Shown: piece after piece, positions 50,203-60,463 of the stretch
How positions within the stretch are numbered: position 1 is the first letter of the stretch
How the letters are laid out: every line of letters starts with the position of its first letter
DNA from: Methanobacteriota archaeon
GTDB taxonomy: Archaea; Halobacteriota; Bog-38; Methanoflorentales; Methanoflorentaceae
Reading direction: 5' to 3'
Assembly: GCA_963720465.1 (NCBI GenBank)
Contig: OY970393.1
Span: 1,376,001-1,440,000, forward strand
DNA length: 64,000 nt
The notes under the pieces: model-generated
Told to the model about the DNA's origin: nothing
The model's input: only the letters and a program-made list of their open reading frames with translations
Database searches by the model: none
Translations under genes and position numbers: made by a program

Positions 50203-51226
50203 AGTAGTCGTTTTCGGCTGACCTGCATTAAAACCTTTTGCGCCAAGAGACCAGCTTTCGTGCTGCGGTCACCACGATGTGGTTAAGGCGATTCGGCATC
50301 TTTGGGTGCTCACACAGACGCGTGCTTTTACGGGGGGCTGTGCTCGTGCTCAGCCATGTTCTCGCAGCCGATTTGGCTAAAGAGTTGACCCCCAGTCAAA
50401 CCGTTGAAGGCGGCGTGCAAAATCCATACACTCGCGATACGGGCTGAAGGAAAAACCGCACCAAAAGCGCACCAAAATGTAACCACCTTCTGCCTCTCGC
50501 AATCACGTTTAGTGGGCATCGGTTGAGTGCGAGGGGGCAACAGTCTTGCCTTTCTTACGCTCGACTCCTTATCAAGCATTGTTTATTATTAACATATTTT
50601 TATAAATTAATGTAAATTTTAATATTGGTCGTCTGTCGAGGGGCGTTATGCAACGCGAGCACACCTGCGGCAACTCTCAGCGCACTCTGCTAGTGCGAAG
50701 TAGCTTTGAGGCACACAGGATGTGTTCGATGCGATACCGCGGATGTGTAACACTTTCGCGCTTCACAAAAGGTTGGTATGCTGTGCAGCTAATGGGAATA
50801 CGAAAGAAATTGAGCAGTGGTTCGAGAAACTCGACAGGCGCATCGTGTAAGCATGTGTAGCATCATTGACTTCCGGCAGCAGGGCCTAACACAAAGAGGC
50901 AACAATTCACTACGATGGAACACGTGGACTACGGAGCTCTCAAGCGCCATTTGCGACTCTCTGTCGAGAGTGGATGTCGCTGATCCTGGTGCCCACGCTG
51001 CACAGCCAACGCTGATCACGCCGTCATCAGGCGGACTATAAACGCTTGGCCTCTGCTCGCAGGAGCTAAAGAGGTATATGAACAACATTCGAACGTGCGT
51101 TCTCAGACTCGCATTCGTCGATAGCGACGCTGCATCCCGCATCGCCAAGGGGAATGCTGGATGTGACTTAATCTGGTGGCGCAAGGACGTGATGCACCCA
51201 CAGCGAAACAATGAGTGGGGTGTGCC

Positions 51227-51739
51227 ATGAAGGACATAGAGACGAAGCTTAAGTGCTTCAAACTGCGTGCGCAGGACAAATCACTTGCAACTATTGCGGC
51301 TACGGTCGGCGTGCGGAGACAGACGGTGGCGAATTGGCTCAACGAGCACCATGAGGAAGTCGAAAACCTGAAGGCGATGGAACTCGACGCTTTGCGCGAG
51401 GCCTGCTGGATGACGACGCAAGCGCGCATAGAGCGCCTGAGCGCGAGGCTCGAGAAGATCACGGTCGAGCTGGAAAAACGTGACTTTTCCGATCTCTCGA
51501 CGGAGAAGCTCCTGGAGCTGGAGCGGAAGACACGCACGGAGCTTGCCAAAGAGTTCCCTGAGCCCCGCATCCGCAGTGACATCCGCAGTGAGGAGGAGCT
51601 CCGCGACGCGAAGGCCACGAGAACGTCGCCCGATCTCCATCCATTCTCCCAACTGGCGCAGCAGGGGGGCGATACTACGCTGTTGCTTGAGCCCGAAGAA
51701 AGCGGCAATGGACGAAAACGGTCACGCCACGCTGATTAA
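51227..51739 (+). CDS. HTH plus coiled-coil hypothetical protein
   Basis: LRAQDKSLATIAATVGVRRQTVANW HTH; LEKRDFSDLSTEKL. Confidence 0.75.
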   Translation: MKDIETKLKCFKLRAQDKSLATIAATVGVRRQTVANWLNEHHEEVENLKAMELDALREACWMTTQARIERLSARLEKITVELEKRDFSDLSTEKLLELERKTRTELAKEFPEPRIRSDIRSEEELRDAKATRTSPDLHPFSQLAQQGGDTTLLLEPEESGNGRKRSRHAD

Positions 51740-52304
51740 ACGAGGGGCCGCTATTACTAGTGCTTATTGTCGCGTGACTCTTGTACCTCGTAACACGAAG
51801 AGCGGGTGGCGAGTCGATGCTCGATTAGGCTCCTAGCAGATTCACCGCGTCAAGGCCCATTTAACTAGCTCAAAACGAGAACCCTCCTTGCGACAGTTAG
51901 CTGATTAGTCACTTTTAAAGTATTATTGGATCATTGCGGGATTGATTGTCCGAAAGCGTTGCCGTGCTGCGGCACTACCGGTTACCACAGGCTCACAGAA
52001 GTACCTTCTTTTTTTGACCGCGCGCGCTACTGAGTATTGAGCGCATAAGCGGGAGACTGGCGCGACCTGGTGCTCTCCGCTAGTATGCACTTGCAAACTG
52101 CTGCAAGCATCCTTCGATCGTGGCGTTCTGTCTAACGTTGTGTTTTCTGACTCGATATTCACTGCCTTTCCCACGGAAGGCATCGCATCGCGTAAGTAAC
52201 TGAAATTGTCTTTGTTAGTTAACTTTTAACGAATTGGACGATTTGACGCTACTGAACGGGGCAACGGACGAGCAAATCAGGCGTGACAAAAGAGGAGATC
52301 GCCA

Positions 52305-52841
52305 GTGCCTATGGACAACGAGATACGGCGAACAAGCGAGGCGATGGATGGAGACCGTGGCTGTCATCATTCCGACGTTAAACGAGAAGCGCTCTATCGG
52401 CAAGGTTATCGACGGGGTGCCTGTTGCCGATCTCTTGCAGAGTGGGTTCGAGCTGCCGTGTACGTGATCGATGGGCAATCCACCGATAACACGAGGGAGA
52501 TCGCAGTCAAAAAGGGTGCCCAACTCATACTCGAAGAGCGGCAGGGAAAGGGTCAGGCAATTCAAACGGCGTTTAAGTCTATCAGTGCCGACTACGCGAT
52601 TATGGTTGACCGGGACGATACGTACCCGATCGAACTGGCGACGGAGATGACCCGCCTGCTGCAGACACACGATGTCGTCATCGAATCACGACTCAAGGGC
52701 ACCATTGAGCCGCGAGCCATGACGAGACTGAACGTCCTGGGGAACGCCATGCTTTGCTCTTCGCGCTGTTTGGTGTGCACATCAGCGACGTATGCACGGC
52801 GATATGCGCCTCCGGTGCTCTCCGCACGAGTCGCGGCATAA
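52305..52841 (+). pseudogene. degraded GT2 glycosyltransferase paralog
   Basis: Frameshifted and 3'-truncated relative to the two downstream paralogs; DGD motif changed to DRD. Confidence 0.8.
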
Positions 52842-53024
52842 AACAAGAAATACAGTGTAACACTCGGGTGTCACACGCATTTATATACAGCGGAATAACG
52901 GGTCGTTCATAGGATTTACTGCAAGAAGGTGACAATATTGCAGCTGAGTGACAATATTGTCGTCTATCGACAATCGGCGATGTGCGAAGGGGGAGATATA
53001 AGCTTTCAGCAGGTCGTCGTACCG

Positions 53025-53843
53025 ATGCTACGGATGATATCGAACGATGGAGACGAAGCGATGGATACAGTAGCTGTCGTCATCCCGACGTTAAACGAGG
53101 AGCGCTCAATCGGCAAGGTCATCGACAGCGTGCCTATTGCCGACCTCTTGAACAACGGGCTCAAAACTGCCGTGTACGTAATCGACGGGCGATCGACTGA
53201 CGCCACGAGGGAGATCGCCGTCGAAAAGGGTGCCCAACTCATACTCGAAGAGCGGAAAGGGAAAGGTTCAGCCGTTCAAACGGCATTTAAGTCCATTAAC
53301 GCTGACTACGCGATTATGGTTGACGGGGACGACACGTACCCGATCGAACTGGCGACGGAGATGACCCGCCTGCTCAAGAAATACGACGTCGTCATCGGAT
53401 CGCGACTCAAGGGTACCATTGAGCCGGGAGCCATGACCATGCTAAACGTCGTGGGGAACAAACTCCTCACGCTCCTTGCTCGGCTGCTTTTCAATGTGCA
53501 GATTAGCGACGTCTGCAGTGGGCTATGGGGCTATCGAGGCCAAGCAATCAGAGGTTTAGAGCTCTCTGCTGAGGGGTTTGCAATTGAAGTAGACATGCTT
53601 GCCGAATGTACGCGCAACGGGTTTCATATAGCGGAAATCCCCATCAATTACCGTGCACGACGAGAAAATCCGGCCAAGCTGTCGTCTGTCAGAGACGGGT
53701 TGCGGATCGGTATGTTTTTGATTAAGAAATATTTGAGCCAGAAAAGAGCCCGAAACGTGCTGAACAGCATTTCTGCCAGCGGTTTCAAGAGGTTGCGCCG
53801 TTTGATGTTAGTGATTAGGCAACTGACGAAAAAAACGGCTTGA
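53025..53843 (+). CDS. GT2 glycosyltransferase (DPM-like)
   Basis: IPTLNEE, DGRSTD, GKG, VDGDDTY and DVCSG motifs. Confidence 0.9.
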   Translation: MLRMISNDGDEAMDTVAVVIPTLNEERSIGKVIDSVPIADLLNNGLKTAVYVIDGRSTDATREIAVEKGAQLILEERKGKGSAVQTAFKSINADYAIMVDGDDTYPIELATEMTRLLKKYDVVIGSRLKGTIEPGAMTMLNVVGNKLLTLLARLLFNVQISDVCSGLWGYRGQAIRGLELSAEGFAIEVDMLAECTRNGFHIAEIPINYRARRENPAKLSSVRDGLRIGMFLIKKYLSQKRARNVLNSISASGFKRLRRLMLVIRQLTKKTA

Positions 53844-54114
53844 TCAAGGGGGATAACTGAGGATAATAACACAAAAGTTGCAAACAGCAGCGGTTAACTT
53901 TTGGCATTTGTGGTATCATTGTTGATAAGAATTAAAATTATTAATAAATAATAACAACTTTTAAATACATTAACAATAGTTAAGTTGTGATACATTAGCG
54001 CGGCAAAATCTTCGCAGCTGTGGTCCGAATTCAAAGTGAAGATCGCACCGAGTTTGACGCTGCTAAACTGAGCAACCGACGAGCAAATCGGCTTGCTCAA
54101 AGGGGGAATCGCCG

Positions 54115-54915
54115 ATGCCACAGATGATATCGCTCGATCAGCGAACAGATGAGGCGACGGAAACAGTAGCGGTTGTCATTCCGACGTTAAACGAGGAATG
54201 CTCAATCGGCAAAGTCATTGATGACGTGCCTGTTGCCGACCTCTTAAAGAACGGGCTCAAAACTGCCGTGTACGTAATCGACGGGCGATCGACTGACGCC
54301 ACGAGGGAGATCGCCGTCGAAAAGGGTGCCCAACTCATACTCGAAGAGCGGAAAGGGAAAGGTTCAGCCGTTCAAACGGCATTTAAGTCCATTAACGCTG
54401 ACTACGTGATTATGGTCGACGGGGACGACACGTACCCGATTAACGTGGCTACGGAGATCGTCTGCCTCTTGCACACGCACGACGTCGTCGTCGGCTCACG
54501 ACTAAAGGGGAGGATTGATCCCGGGGCGATGACGCGGGTGAACATCGTCGGAAATACCCTCCTCACGCTGCTCGCCCGGCTGCTTTTTGACGCGAAGATC
54601 AGCGACGTCTGCACCGGCTTATGGGGCTTTCGACGCGACGCGATTCGGCGGCTCGAGCTCGCTGCACACGGCTTCGAACTTGAAGCTGACATGTTTGCGG
54701 AATGCGTGTTCAAAGGGTCCAGCATCGCGGAAATCCCGATCACCTACCGCGCAAGGCACGATCGCCCCAAGCTGGCTTCCCTAAGGGATGGCTTGAAGAT
54801 AGGCCTTTTTTTGTGCAAACGACGTTTGCGACCAAAAGAGCGCGGCGCACGATCAAGCGCGGAAGGCGCCGATACGGCGGATAGCGGACAGATGCGTGTG
54901 CTGCGCCGTGAGTGA
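54115..54915 (+). CDS. GT2 glycosyltransferase (DPM-like), paralog
   Basis: Same motifs as the upstream paralog, including a 157-bp identical tract. Confidence 0.9.
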   Translation: MPQMISLDQRTDEATETVAVVIPTLNEECSIGKVIDDVPVADLLKNGLKTAVYVIDGRSTDATREIAVEKGAQLILEERKGKGSAVQTAFKSINADYVIMVDGDDTYPINVATEIVCLLHTHDVVVGSRLKGRIDPGAMTRVNIVGNTLLTLLARLLFDAKISDVCTGLWGFRRDAIRRLELAAHGFELEADMFAECVFKGSSIAEIPITYRARHDRPKLASLRDGLKIGLFLCKRRLRPKERGARSSAEGADTADSGQMRVLRRE

Positions 54916-54916
54916 T

Positions 54917-56164
54917 ATGCGTCGCAGGACAGTTGGGATCGTTGGTGCGCGAGGCATAAACAATTATGGCGGGTATGAGCGAATGCTTGCAGATCTTGTA
55001 CCACGGCTCGTGCAGAAAGGGTACGCGGTTCGCTGCAGCTGTGAGAGACCCACAAACGGAGAGCTCGTCACTGACCACAAAGGGGCGAAACTCGATTACT
55101 TCGCGCTCAAACCCCCGTCCAACTACACCTTGCGAAAAGCGTTCGAGCTTCTTTACGATCTCTTTTTTATTCTCAAATATGCGGCGGTTTGTGATGTGGT
55201 TTACGTGCTCGGCATCTACGGCGGAGTCGCTCTGCTTTTTCCCAGACTGTTCGGGAAGCACGTTGTCGTCAACACCGACGGGCTAGAATGGGAGCGCGCT
55301 AAATACAACACAGTGGAACGAAGCATCATTGTGCTCTACTTTGCCGTTTCACTCAATCTCGCCTCGAAGATCATAATCGACAATGAAGGGCTCAGGCGGT
55401 TTATCAGCGCCCGACACCATTCCAAGATCTGTTACATTCCATACGGAGTTGCCTATCAGCAACCACGAGCATGGGACAAGGCCAAACTGGGCCAGTACAT
55501 CTCTGAGCAGCTCAACGACGGAGCCATAGAACCTAGCAAGTACTGGTTGTTGGTAGCGCGTCTGGAGCCTGAAAACAACATCGATCTGATCGTCCAAGGA
55601 TTCGTTGAAGCACACCCGCAGTACCCCTTATTGGTCGTTGGTGATTTCACGAGTCAGCGCTATAAGACCCAAGTCTATAGGGGGGCATCGAACGGCAGCT
55701 CGGCAAAGGTACACTTTTTGGGCGCGATCTACGATGCGGGAACCCTCAGCATGCTGCGCCAACACTGCCTTGCGTGCATACACGGCCACTCCGTTGGCGG
55801 CACCAATCCGAGTCTCTTGGAGGCAATGGCGTCACGCAATCTCATTATCGCCCACGAAAATCCTTTTAACAAGGAAGTGTGCGGCCCCTTTGCACATTAC
55901 TTCTCTAGTCGCGCTGATGTGAGCAACCTCGTCGCCTCAACTGAACAAAACGAAGACGACTCATCGCTGCTTCGCGGGAAAGCGTTCGAGCGAGCGGCGG
56001 CCTATTCGTGGAACAGCGTCGCTGATCAATATGACGTTTTCTTTGAGCAGCTATCGGAGAAGGACAGTGCGAGCCTGGCGAGCGGAGATAGACTGTTCAG
56101 CTGGGTTTTGAAGCACGTGGGAAAATGGGCGGACATGCCTTGCCTATGGATCGATGAGCTCTAA
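54917..56164 (+). CDS. GT4 glycosyltransferase, DUF1972 (rhamnosyltransferase-like)
   Basis: GARGI..YGGYE, NTDGLEWERAK, ARLEPENN and HGHSVGGTNPSLLEAM motifs. Confidence 0.9.
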   Translation: MRRRTVGIVGARGINNYGGYERMLADLVPRLVQKGYAVRCSCERPTNGELVTDHKGAKLDYFALKPPSNYTLRKAFELLYDLFFILKYAAVCDVVYVLGIYGGVALLFPRLFGKHVVVNTDGLEWERAKYNTVERSIIVLYFAVSLNLASKIIIDNEGLRRFISARHHSKICYIPYGVAYQQPRAWDKAKLGQYISEQLNDGAIEPSKYWLLVARLEPENNIDLIVQGFVEAHPQYPLLVVGDFTSQRYKTQVYRGASNGSSAKVHFLGAIYDAGTLSMLRQHCLACIHGHSVGGTNPSLLEAMASRNLIIAHENPFNKEVCGPFAHYFSSRADVSNLVASTEQNEDDSSLLRGKAFERAAAYSWNSVADQYDVFFEQLSEKDSASLASGDRLFSWVLKHVGKWADMPCLWIDEL

Positions 56165-56393
56165 CCCTCGCCCCAGATGAAGTAGACGTCCCCCTGAACG
56201 ATTCACACGTTTAGAAAAAATTCCAACCTCACCACACATGAGTTGCAGTAGCGAGTTCGTTTTGCGCGCAAGCACACGCTTATGCGACGAGATAGCGCCA
56301 CACGCTATGATCAAGCTTTGCTAAAAAAAAATCTCGAAGCAATACGTTGAAACAGGATGATACTTAAAGCTAAAAGATGAGCGGTGCGCCACA

Positions 56394-57521
56394 ATGAATA
56401 TTCTGTTGACAAACCCCATGGAGACTTTATCTGCTGGCGGAATCAACACGACGATAACGCAGCTCGCCACACGGTTTGTCGAAAAAGGTCACAAAGTAGC
56501 TGTGGTTCAAGGAAATCCTCTACAGCTCAAAAATGAGGAATTGAACTGCGGTTTTACGGTCATTCGTGTTAATTCTCCATTTAGCAGGTTTTTCCACCAA
56601 TTCAATCACAAAATGTACACTCAGTTGAAGCAGTGCTTGGCTCTTTTCGCGCCAGATGTCGTCAACATACATGGCTACGGCTCTTTGCTGTCCCCTGAAA
56701 TAGGGTTCCTTCTAAAGAAACTCATGCGCGTCACGACCCCCGTCGTATTTAATCCCCACTACGATCCTTTAAACCATAATACTTTTAGTGGCAAGCATTT
56801 TTCAAAAGTGTACGACGCCCTCGTCGGACCAAGCTTCTTTGAGATAACGGATCGCGTCATTTCGATCTCTAATTTCGAGGCAAACAACATCCAAAGAGTA
56901 TTTCACTGCCCCGTTCAGAAGATAACGGTGATACCTCACGGTGTAGACAGAATTGATGCTCGGAAACTATTACGCAGAAAAAGGATGGATACAATCGACA
57001 TCCTTTACGCTGGCTATCTCTTAGAGTACAAAGGAGTGCAGTATATTATTAGAGCCCTGCACGAACTGGTTCACAAAAGATCTCTAACCAACGTCAAGCT
57101 GACAATCATAGGCGACGGCGATTACCGGCCAAGGCTTGTAGCTCTTTCAAAAAACTTAGGAGTCTGTGACTTCATAGAATGGAAACCATTCATGCCACAC
57201 GATGAGCTACTAGCTGAACTAGAGCGTGCCGGTATGTTACTCTTGTTGTCTAAGACAGAGGGATATGGAATAATAATCGCCGAAGCCCTTTCAAGGGGGG
57301 TGCCAACAATTGTCACAAGAGGCACAGCCCTTGAAGAGTTCACAAATGAGCCAGGCTGCCTTGGTGTGGACTACCCCCCCGATCCAATGGAAGTTGCTGA
57401 ATTGATTCTGAGAATACACGAAGGCACGATCAACGTCGGACCTTTCAGCGACAAAATACGAACTTGGGACAAAGTTGCCGATGATTACTTGCGCGTGTAT
57501 AAAAACGTGCTAGAATACTGA
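56394..57521 (+). CDS. GT4 glycosyltransferase
   Basis: IPHGVD, YKGVQ and EGYGIIIAEAL motifs. Confidence 0.9.
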   Translation: MNILLTNPMETLSAGGINTTITQLATRFVEKGHKVAVVQGNPLQLKNEELNCGFTVIRVNSPFSRFFHQFNHKMYTQLKQCLALFAPDVVNIHGYGSLLSPEIGFLLKKLMRVTTPVVFNPHYDPLNHNTFSGKHFSKVYDALVGPSFFEITDRVISISNFEANNIQRVFHCPVQKITVIPHGVDRIDARKLLRRKRMDTIDILYAGYLLEYKGVQYIIRALHELVHKRSLTNVKLTIIGDGDYRPRLVALSKNLGVCDFIEWKPFMPHDELLAELERAGMLLLLSKTEGYGIIIAEALSRGVPTIVTRGTALEEFTNEPGCLGVDYPPDPMEVAELILRIHEGTINVGPFSDKIRTWDKVADDYLRVYKNVLEY

Positions 57522-57823
57522 TGAGCAATTTGTTTGGTCCTCGCAAAGATGATTCGATCACACGCGCTAGCACAAGTGATATGTTCTGCGGCTGCTTGCC
57601 CCCCAGTCGCTAAAAGCAAGAATTATCATGGCGGATTATTATGGCCGGACAAGGATAGACGGAGACGAAATAAGAAGTTACAGCAACTTTGCAATTCCAT
57701 GGGAAAACCGTTGCGCAAAGCATGCACGCATTGAGCTAAGTCAGAAATGATCGAGCGGTTTGGAATGCTGTCCGAAAAATCGGGTGCAATAGGAACGCAT
57801 ACTGGCGAATTAAGAAATCTGAC

Positions 57824-58793
57824 ATGATTTGTGAGATCTGCAGCAATTCGGACAAAAACGAGATACATCAAGTCAGAGATATGATGTTTGGGCTTGGGAG
57901 ACTCTTCACTTATCTTGAGTGCTCAGACTGTCGATCTCTTCAACTCGTTGATCCACCAAGAGACGTGAAGAATTTTTATCCCCCAGACTATTACTCATTT
58001 CGGAAAGTGAAACACCACGGGCATTCTAATTTTGCCAAAGTAGCTCTAGAAAAAAAAAGAGATCAGTACGCGCTTTTTAAGAAAGGTTTTACGGGGAGAT
58101 TAATTAAAGCAGTTGTTGCTGCGGACTCCATATGCAGTCTAATGGGCAATGCTCAAGTAAGACCAGACTCCAGGGTGCTTGACGTTGGATGCGGCGCTGG
58201 CGCGTTGCTTGATTTTCTACAGGATCGAGGATTTACCGATCTGACAGGTATTGATCCTTACGCACAAAAATACCTTGGCTCTGGGGTGAAAATACTAAAT
58301 AAAGCCATTGAAGATCTTGGAGACGATAAATTTGACGTGATCATATTTCGAGACTCTTTAGAGCATATACTTGATCAGTTCGCAGCTCTTCGAAAGACTT
58401 CAGCGTTACTGAACAAAAATGGAGTTTGTCTAGTTAGAATGCCTCTCAAAACGGAATATATTTGGGACCGTTACGGTACCAACTGGGTACAAATAGACGC
58501 CCCCCGTCATTGCGTGATTCATACTATCAAAAGCTTTGATTTGTTGCTAAAAAAAAACAGATTTGAGTATAGAAGATGTAATATTTGACTCAGAGATACT
58601 CCAATTCGTTGGGAGCGAACAATATTTGGAAAAGGTTCCACTTTTTTCAACAGAATCGTACTATGTGAATCCAACTAAGAGCATCTTTGATGCGAAGCAG
58701 ATTAGGAAGTTTAAAAAGCTTGCCAAGCAGTTGAATAGAACCGGAGAGGGAGATGAAGCGACATTTTGCTTAAAAAAGATCAGGACGGCCTAA
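57824..58793 (+). CDS. class I SAM methyltransferase with Zn-finger N-terminus, frameshifted in an A9 run at 58549-58557
   Basis: CxxC...CxxC, VLDVGCGAG and DAPRH motifs; the C-terminus continues as ORF 58563..58793. Confidence 0.85.
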
Positions 58794-59002
58794 TTTGATT
58801 ATCTTTTGTTGAGGATCTTATTTATGCACCACATAAAAAAGCAATGCCGCGCGCGATATCGACCTCCAAGCCATTTCAGCTCGGTAGCGAAGACAGCGTT
58901 GAATGTCGTTGTTCGTGGAGCACGATCGAGAATTGAAGCGAACATGAGCAAAGAATCTACGAATCTTGTGATGCAGTCGGGCCAATTAAAAGTGTGGAAA
59001 AT

Positions 59003-60199
59003 ATGGATATTCTTTCAGTTTCGATTCTCGCTGGGCTAAATAGACCGATAAGTGGCGGGCAAGACAGATATTTTCACCTCGTTCAAGCACTGAAAAAACA
59101 CGGAAATCGCGTTATCGTCCTCGAACCCCAAGAGTTCCTCGACGCAAAAGACCCTGCTCTAGCAAAGATCTATACGCACCCCAATTACCGACTATTTCAC
59201 AGAGGCTGGAGCCTTTTTAAAGATTTAGATATCTGGTTCGTGCGCACGCTATTACTGATCCTGCAAAAAGAGCACGTAGACCTAATTACAATTGAATATT
59301 CCAGCGGAGCCGTGGCGGTGAAACTAGCGAGTGCACTTGCTGGAATTAACGTGCCTATCGTGTACACGCCGCAAAACGTTGACTCGAAGTTTGCTCGCGA
59401 CGTCATATCACAAGTCACAAAGTTCTCCCGACTTGAACGGAAAATAATCCCACCCTACATCGCCTTGTTAGAAAAAATTACGGCAAAATACGTTGCAAGT
59501 CATATTGTAGCGGTCAGTGAAGAAGATAAGGAATTTTTTCGCGGAAAATACAGCCTTGACAAAGAACGCTTAACCGTAGTTCCAAGCGGTTGCGAACTTC
59601 ACGATCTGCTTGATCACAAAGCAAAAAAGGGCATAAAAGCGCAAATGGGGTTCACTCCTAATTCCGTGATTGTCGTATTTCACGGGTCCTTCTTCCACCC
59701 CCCAAATCGAGAAGCAATCGACATAATCAGTAACGAAATAGCTCCAATGTTTGAAACTGACGAGTCAATCGTGTTTGCTCTATATGGAAACGGGGTTCCC
59801 AAATTTGAGCGAGCGAACCTACGGTCATTTGGTTTCGTTACGGACTTGCACGGCGCCATCTCCATAGCTGATATTGCAGTAGTACCTCTGAAAAGTGGCG
59901 GTGGCACAAAGCTAAAAGTCTTTGATTACATGAATGCAGGTCTGCCGATAATCACAACACGGAAGGGAATCGAAGGGATACGTGCCATCGATAATGAACA
60001 CGTGATCGTCGTCGACACTCTCGGTCAGATCATAGAAGCTATCCGCTGCCTAGCTGACAATCAATCGGAGCGCAAAAGGATTGGCTTGAATGCCCGTCGA
60101 CTCGTCGAGCGAGAGTATGAGTGGGAGCGAATTGGACGACAGCTAGATCAACTCTATAGAGAAATCAAAGACACTCACGACCAGGTACGCACAGCCTGA
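59003..60199 (+). CDS. GT4 glycosyltransferase
   Basis: FHGSFFHPPN and PLKSGGGTKLKVFDYM motifs. Confidence 0.88.
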   Translation: MDILSVSILAGLNRPISGGQDRYFHLVQALKKHGNRVIVLEPQEFLDAKDPALAKIYTHPNYRLFHRGWSLFKDLDIWFVRTLLLILQKEHVDLITIEYSSGAVAVKLASALAGINVPIVYTPQNVDSKFARDVISQVTKFSRLERKIIPPYIALLEKITAKYVASHIVAVSEEDKEFFRGKYSLDKERLTVVPSGCELHDLLDHKAKKGIKAQMGFTPNSVIVVFHGSFFHPPNREAIDIISNEIAPMFETDESIVFALYGNGVPKFERANLRSFGFVTDLHGAISIADIAVVPLKSGGGTKLKVFDYMNAGLPIITTRKGIEGIRAIDNEHVIVVDTLGQIIEAIRCLADNQSERKRIGLNARRLVEREYEWERIGRQLDQLYREIKDTHDQVRTA

Positions 60200-60463
60200 A
60201 TTATCAAGCACCTTAAAGAAAATATACAGAAAGAAATCCGACTTCTGCAAAAGCAGGCTAAAAGAAGCTCGAGCGTCAAAGACACGACCACGAAGCATCG
60301 TACTTCGGCACGCCCTCGATGACGAAGAGCTGTCACTTCAGCGTCGATCACCGCACAACTTGCTTATGGTCGACTGTACCTGCCAGTTGAATTGAGGCCC
60401 ACATCAAGCCAAAATCGCAAGCAAGCGTTCAGTTAGAAATAGCCGCAATGAGGAAAAGTACAG

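Noticed and set aside
50325-50410. Hairpin cluster sharing GCCAAATCGGC with the 26.9 kb structure, as a riboswitch for the redoxin gene
   Set aside because: An 11-mer match is expected by chance in 64 kb, the stems are short, and a TATA-like element lies between it and the gene
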